In this document: positions 61,801-64,000 of the stretch, one piece after another
Numbering within the stretch: the stretch's first letter is position 1
Layout: the number at the start of each line of letters is the position of its first letter
NCBI RefSeq assembly: GCF_006345805.1
Contig: NC_043021.1
Coordinates: 25,172,001-25,236,000 of the forward strand
DNA: 64,000 nt
Direction: 5' to 3'
From: Octopus sinensis
Taxonomy: Eukaryota
The notes under the pieces: model-generated
Seen by the model: the letters and a program-made list of their open reading frames with translations, nothing else
Told to the model about the DNA's origin: nothing
The model's database searches: none
Translations under genes and position numbers: made by a program

Positions 61801-62012
61801 AAAACAATTTCATCAATTATTAACGCAATAATAAAATGCAGAGATTAATTAATTAAGACGTTCTGAAATTATAAAAAAGTATTTTCTCCTGTATTTTATA
61901 GTTGCATACAAAAATATTATTTTCGCTTTTATAGAATTCACTGCAGAAAGCTGTCTGGAGGTGGGTCATGTAAGACTATGAGGCATACCTACACAAATGT
62001 GCCCCACTGACT

Positions 62013-62314
62013 TTGTTTCCACATAACTTTCAGAAAAGTCGGGTTTTAAATGAAATTTTCAACAAATACCTCTTTCAGATGGTGTAGATTACGATTATAT
62101 TAGAATTTAATGTGAAATATCCAAATACATACATACAAACATAATAACTTATAATATTTACAAAATGCAATTTTGAAACAATTGCGATGTATGTGTGCGT
62201 GCCAATCAATTTTTTTCCCCCATTAAATTCCGAAGTAACCGAAATCTACGCCATCTGAAAGATATTTGTTTTCATTTAAAAAATATTCATTTTTTAAAAA
62301 ATTTATGGAAACAA
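62013..62314. mobile_element. MITE with about 75-bp imperfect inverted ends, upstream of NCBP3
   Basis: ttgtttcc...tctttcagatggtgtagatt versus aatctacgccatctgaaaga...ggaaacaa. A related half-copy lies at about 31180-31270. Confidence 0.65.
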
Positions 62315-62744
62315 CTGTTGGTTTACATCGACTAGAATACTCCTGGTGCAACGAACAAAATTTCCTGAAGTCTAACAATGCGACTGTAGCTGTTTAGTAC
62401 TTCTTATATAGAATATATTAACGCTAATTTAATTGTATGGGTAATTACTGTTTTTTAAACTAGCAGGAACCAGAAATTTTGTTGTTTTACAAACATTTTA
62501 ATTTTTATTGGTGCCTTGTCTTATTGTGTTTTGTGTTTCATCGCAAACAAAAGCAAATGAATTATTAAATCATTTTCATTAATATATATTGGTCACAATG
62601 TGATACTGATGAATTTAACCAAACTAATGATCCTTTTATTAATTCTAAAAGAGAGCAATAAAACTTTTTTTTGTACAATTCTAAATTAGGAAATATGAGA
62701 AAGACCATCACTTCCTTTCTTGTGGGATTTCATCTTAGAATTAA

Positions 62745-62747
<3 letters not shown>

Positions 62748-62806
<59 letters not shown>

Positions 62807-62830
62807 TCTTTTCTCTCCTCTCTTACCCAC
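62748..62830. repeat. (CT)n polypyrimidine microsatellite
   Basis: Read directly from the sequence. Confidence 0.95.
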
Positions 62831-63873
62831 CTCCTCTCTCTCTCCCTCTTGTGAGTCTGTAAGCTGGCAGCATTGCTCATGTCTGAGACTGGTGAGGTTG
62901 GTGCCATTAATGTTCGCTTGAAACAGGTGCAGTTCAACACCTGCAGAAAAGACACGTGGGGAAATATTGCAAAGGGTTGACAACCAGAGCAGAAAAGGAC
63001 TGGGTTTATAATGTAAATAAGGGACCAGGGACGGTTGAATGCAACAAGGAGGGTCGAGGGAACAAAACTCAGCCAGCTGCAAGGGACCGACTCTTCTTTA
63101 CTCCCAACATTTTACACATGACAACTTCCTGTTGACTGTTGATACTAATCCCAACATCTTGTGCTGTTCCTGAAAGAAATTGTCTGCTTCATGCATTCTT
63201 TATTCCTTGGAACTGTTCGGTCCCTCGACCTAATGCTCATATTCAGAGCAGTTTGGTGCACTTCAAGTCACTTCATGTTGAAAATGTATTTGTCATTCAT
63301 CTCCCACCACCCATCTAAGGAATTTGCACCTGTTCAGCCAAGGGTTGACACTAAACTGGAATGCAAAGCAGCTGCTCAGGCTACAAGAACTCCTACATAA
63401 GTACTCCTACAGAGGCGCACAGGGTTGTTCACAAACTCAGTTTAGAATTTACCTTTGGTTCAATCAGATGTGACAGCAGTCTCGGCTCAGTGAAAGAGAG
63501 GCCTCCAAAGTTGTTGCACTTTGCTTGACAGGCTCACCAGGAACCATTTCAGCCAGCCAGGGGTGAAGGTGCATGGCTTAGTGGCTAAGGTTTACAGCTC
63601 ATGATCATAAGGTTGTCAGTTTGATTCCCAGTGGCATGTTATGTCGTCAAGCAAGACCCTTTATTCCGTGTTGCTCCTGTCCACTCAGATGGCAAAAATG
63701 AGTTGTAAGCAATGGAGAGCCAGGCCTATCTCAGGAGTTAATAAATCTTCCATGTTGGTGATTTTTTTCTTTGGTTTCATGCCAAAAAGAAAAAACATTT
63801 AAATGTCCTATGCAAGCTTCGAATATCTCGTCACCACTTTTATATCCTGCCACAGGTTGGTATATCAAGAATT

Positions 63874-64000
63874 ATGAAGCAGAGGTTTAATCACAATGTG
63901 TTCATACGATGTACTTCGCAAGACTACCAAAACACCCTCCCTGGACTACTACAGACCACTGCGCTTTATAAGAGTTCGGCTAGTCCATTCTTCCAATCTC
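63874..64000 (+). CDS. Candidate first coding exon of an unidentified gene running off the window
   Basis: Acceptor ttttatatcctgccacag ends at 63855. ATG at 63874; frame open to the end: MKQRFNHNVFIRCTSQDYQNTLPGLLQTTALYKSSASPFFQS. No homology recognised. Confidence 0.3.
   Translation, partial: MKQRFNHNVFIRCTSQDYQNTLPGLLQTTALYKSSASPFFQS

Overview
Eukaryotic, intron-rich, microsatellite- and retroposon-dense DNA. The repeat repertoire (RTE-tail SINEs ending in (CAT)n/(ATG)n, tRNA-derived SINEs ending in (ATT)n) suggests a coleoid cephalopod such as Octopus; this is an inference. Two spliced genes face each other. (1) The + strand carries the 3' part of a kinesin gene of KIF12 type: 14 exons traced by hand from 639 to the stop at 32997. 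Its 5' exons lie upstream of the window, and one linker exon is unresolved. (2) The - strand carries a complete 12-exon NCBP3 (nuclear cap-binding protein subunit 3) gene, ATG at 61731 to stop at 42267, 622 aa, all splice phases consistent, including a 28-nt micro-exon. A possible third gene starts head-to-head at the right edge. Introns hold decayed mariner, Tc1 and maT transposons, RTE, CR1, L1/Tx1, R4-type and Penelope retroelements, MITEs and SINEs. The supplied ORF track is mostly noise (microsatellites, TE fragments, partial exons). There is no CRISPR array or prokaryotic system, and nothing here can be shown from sequence alone to be a new biological system. The best leads are RNA-level: two degenerate minimal hammerhead ribozymes, intronic dsRNA-forming structures around KIF12 exons, a candidate A-to-I-correctable codon in the motor domain, a dimeric SINE with one shared TSD, and R4-type elements stacked in (TAA)n tails.
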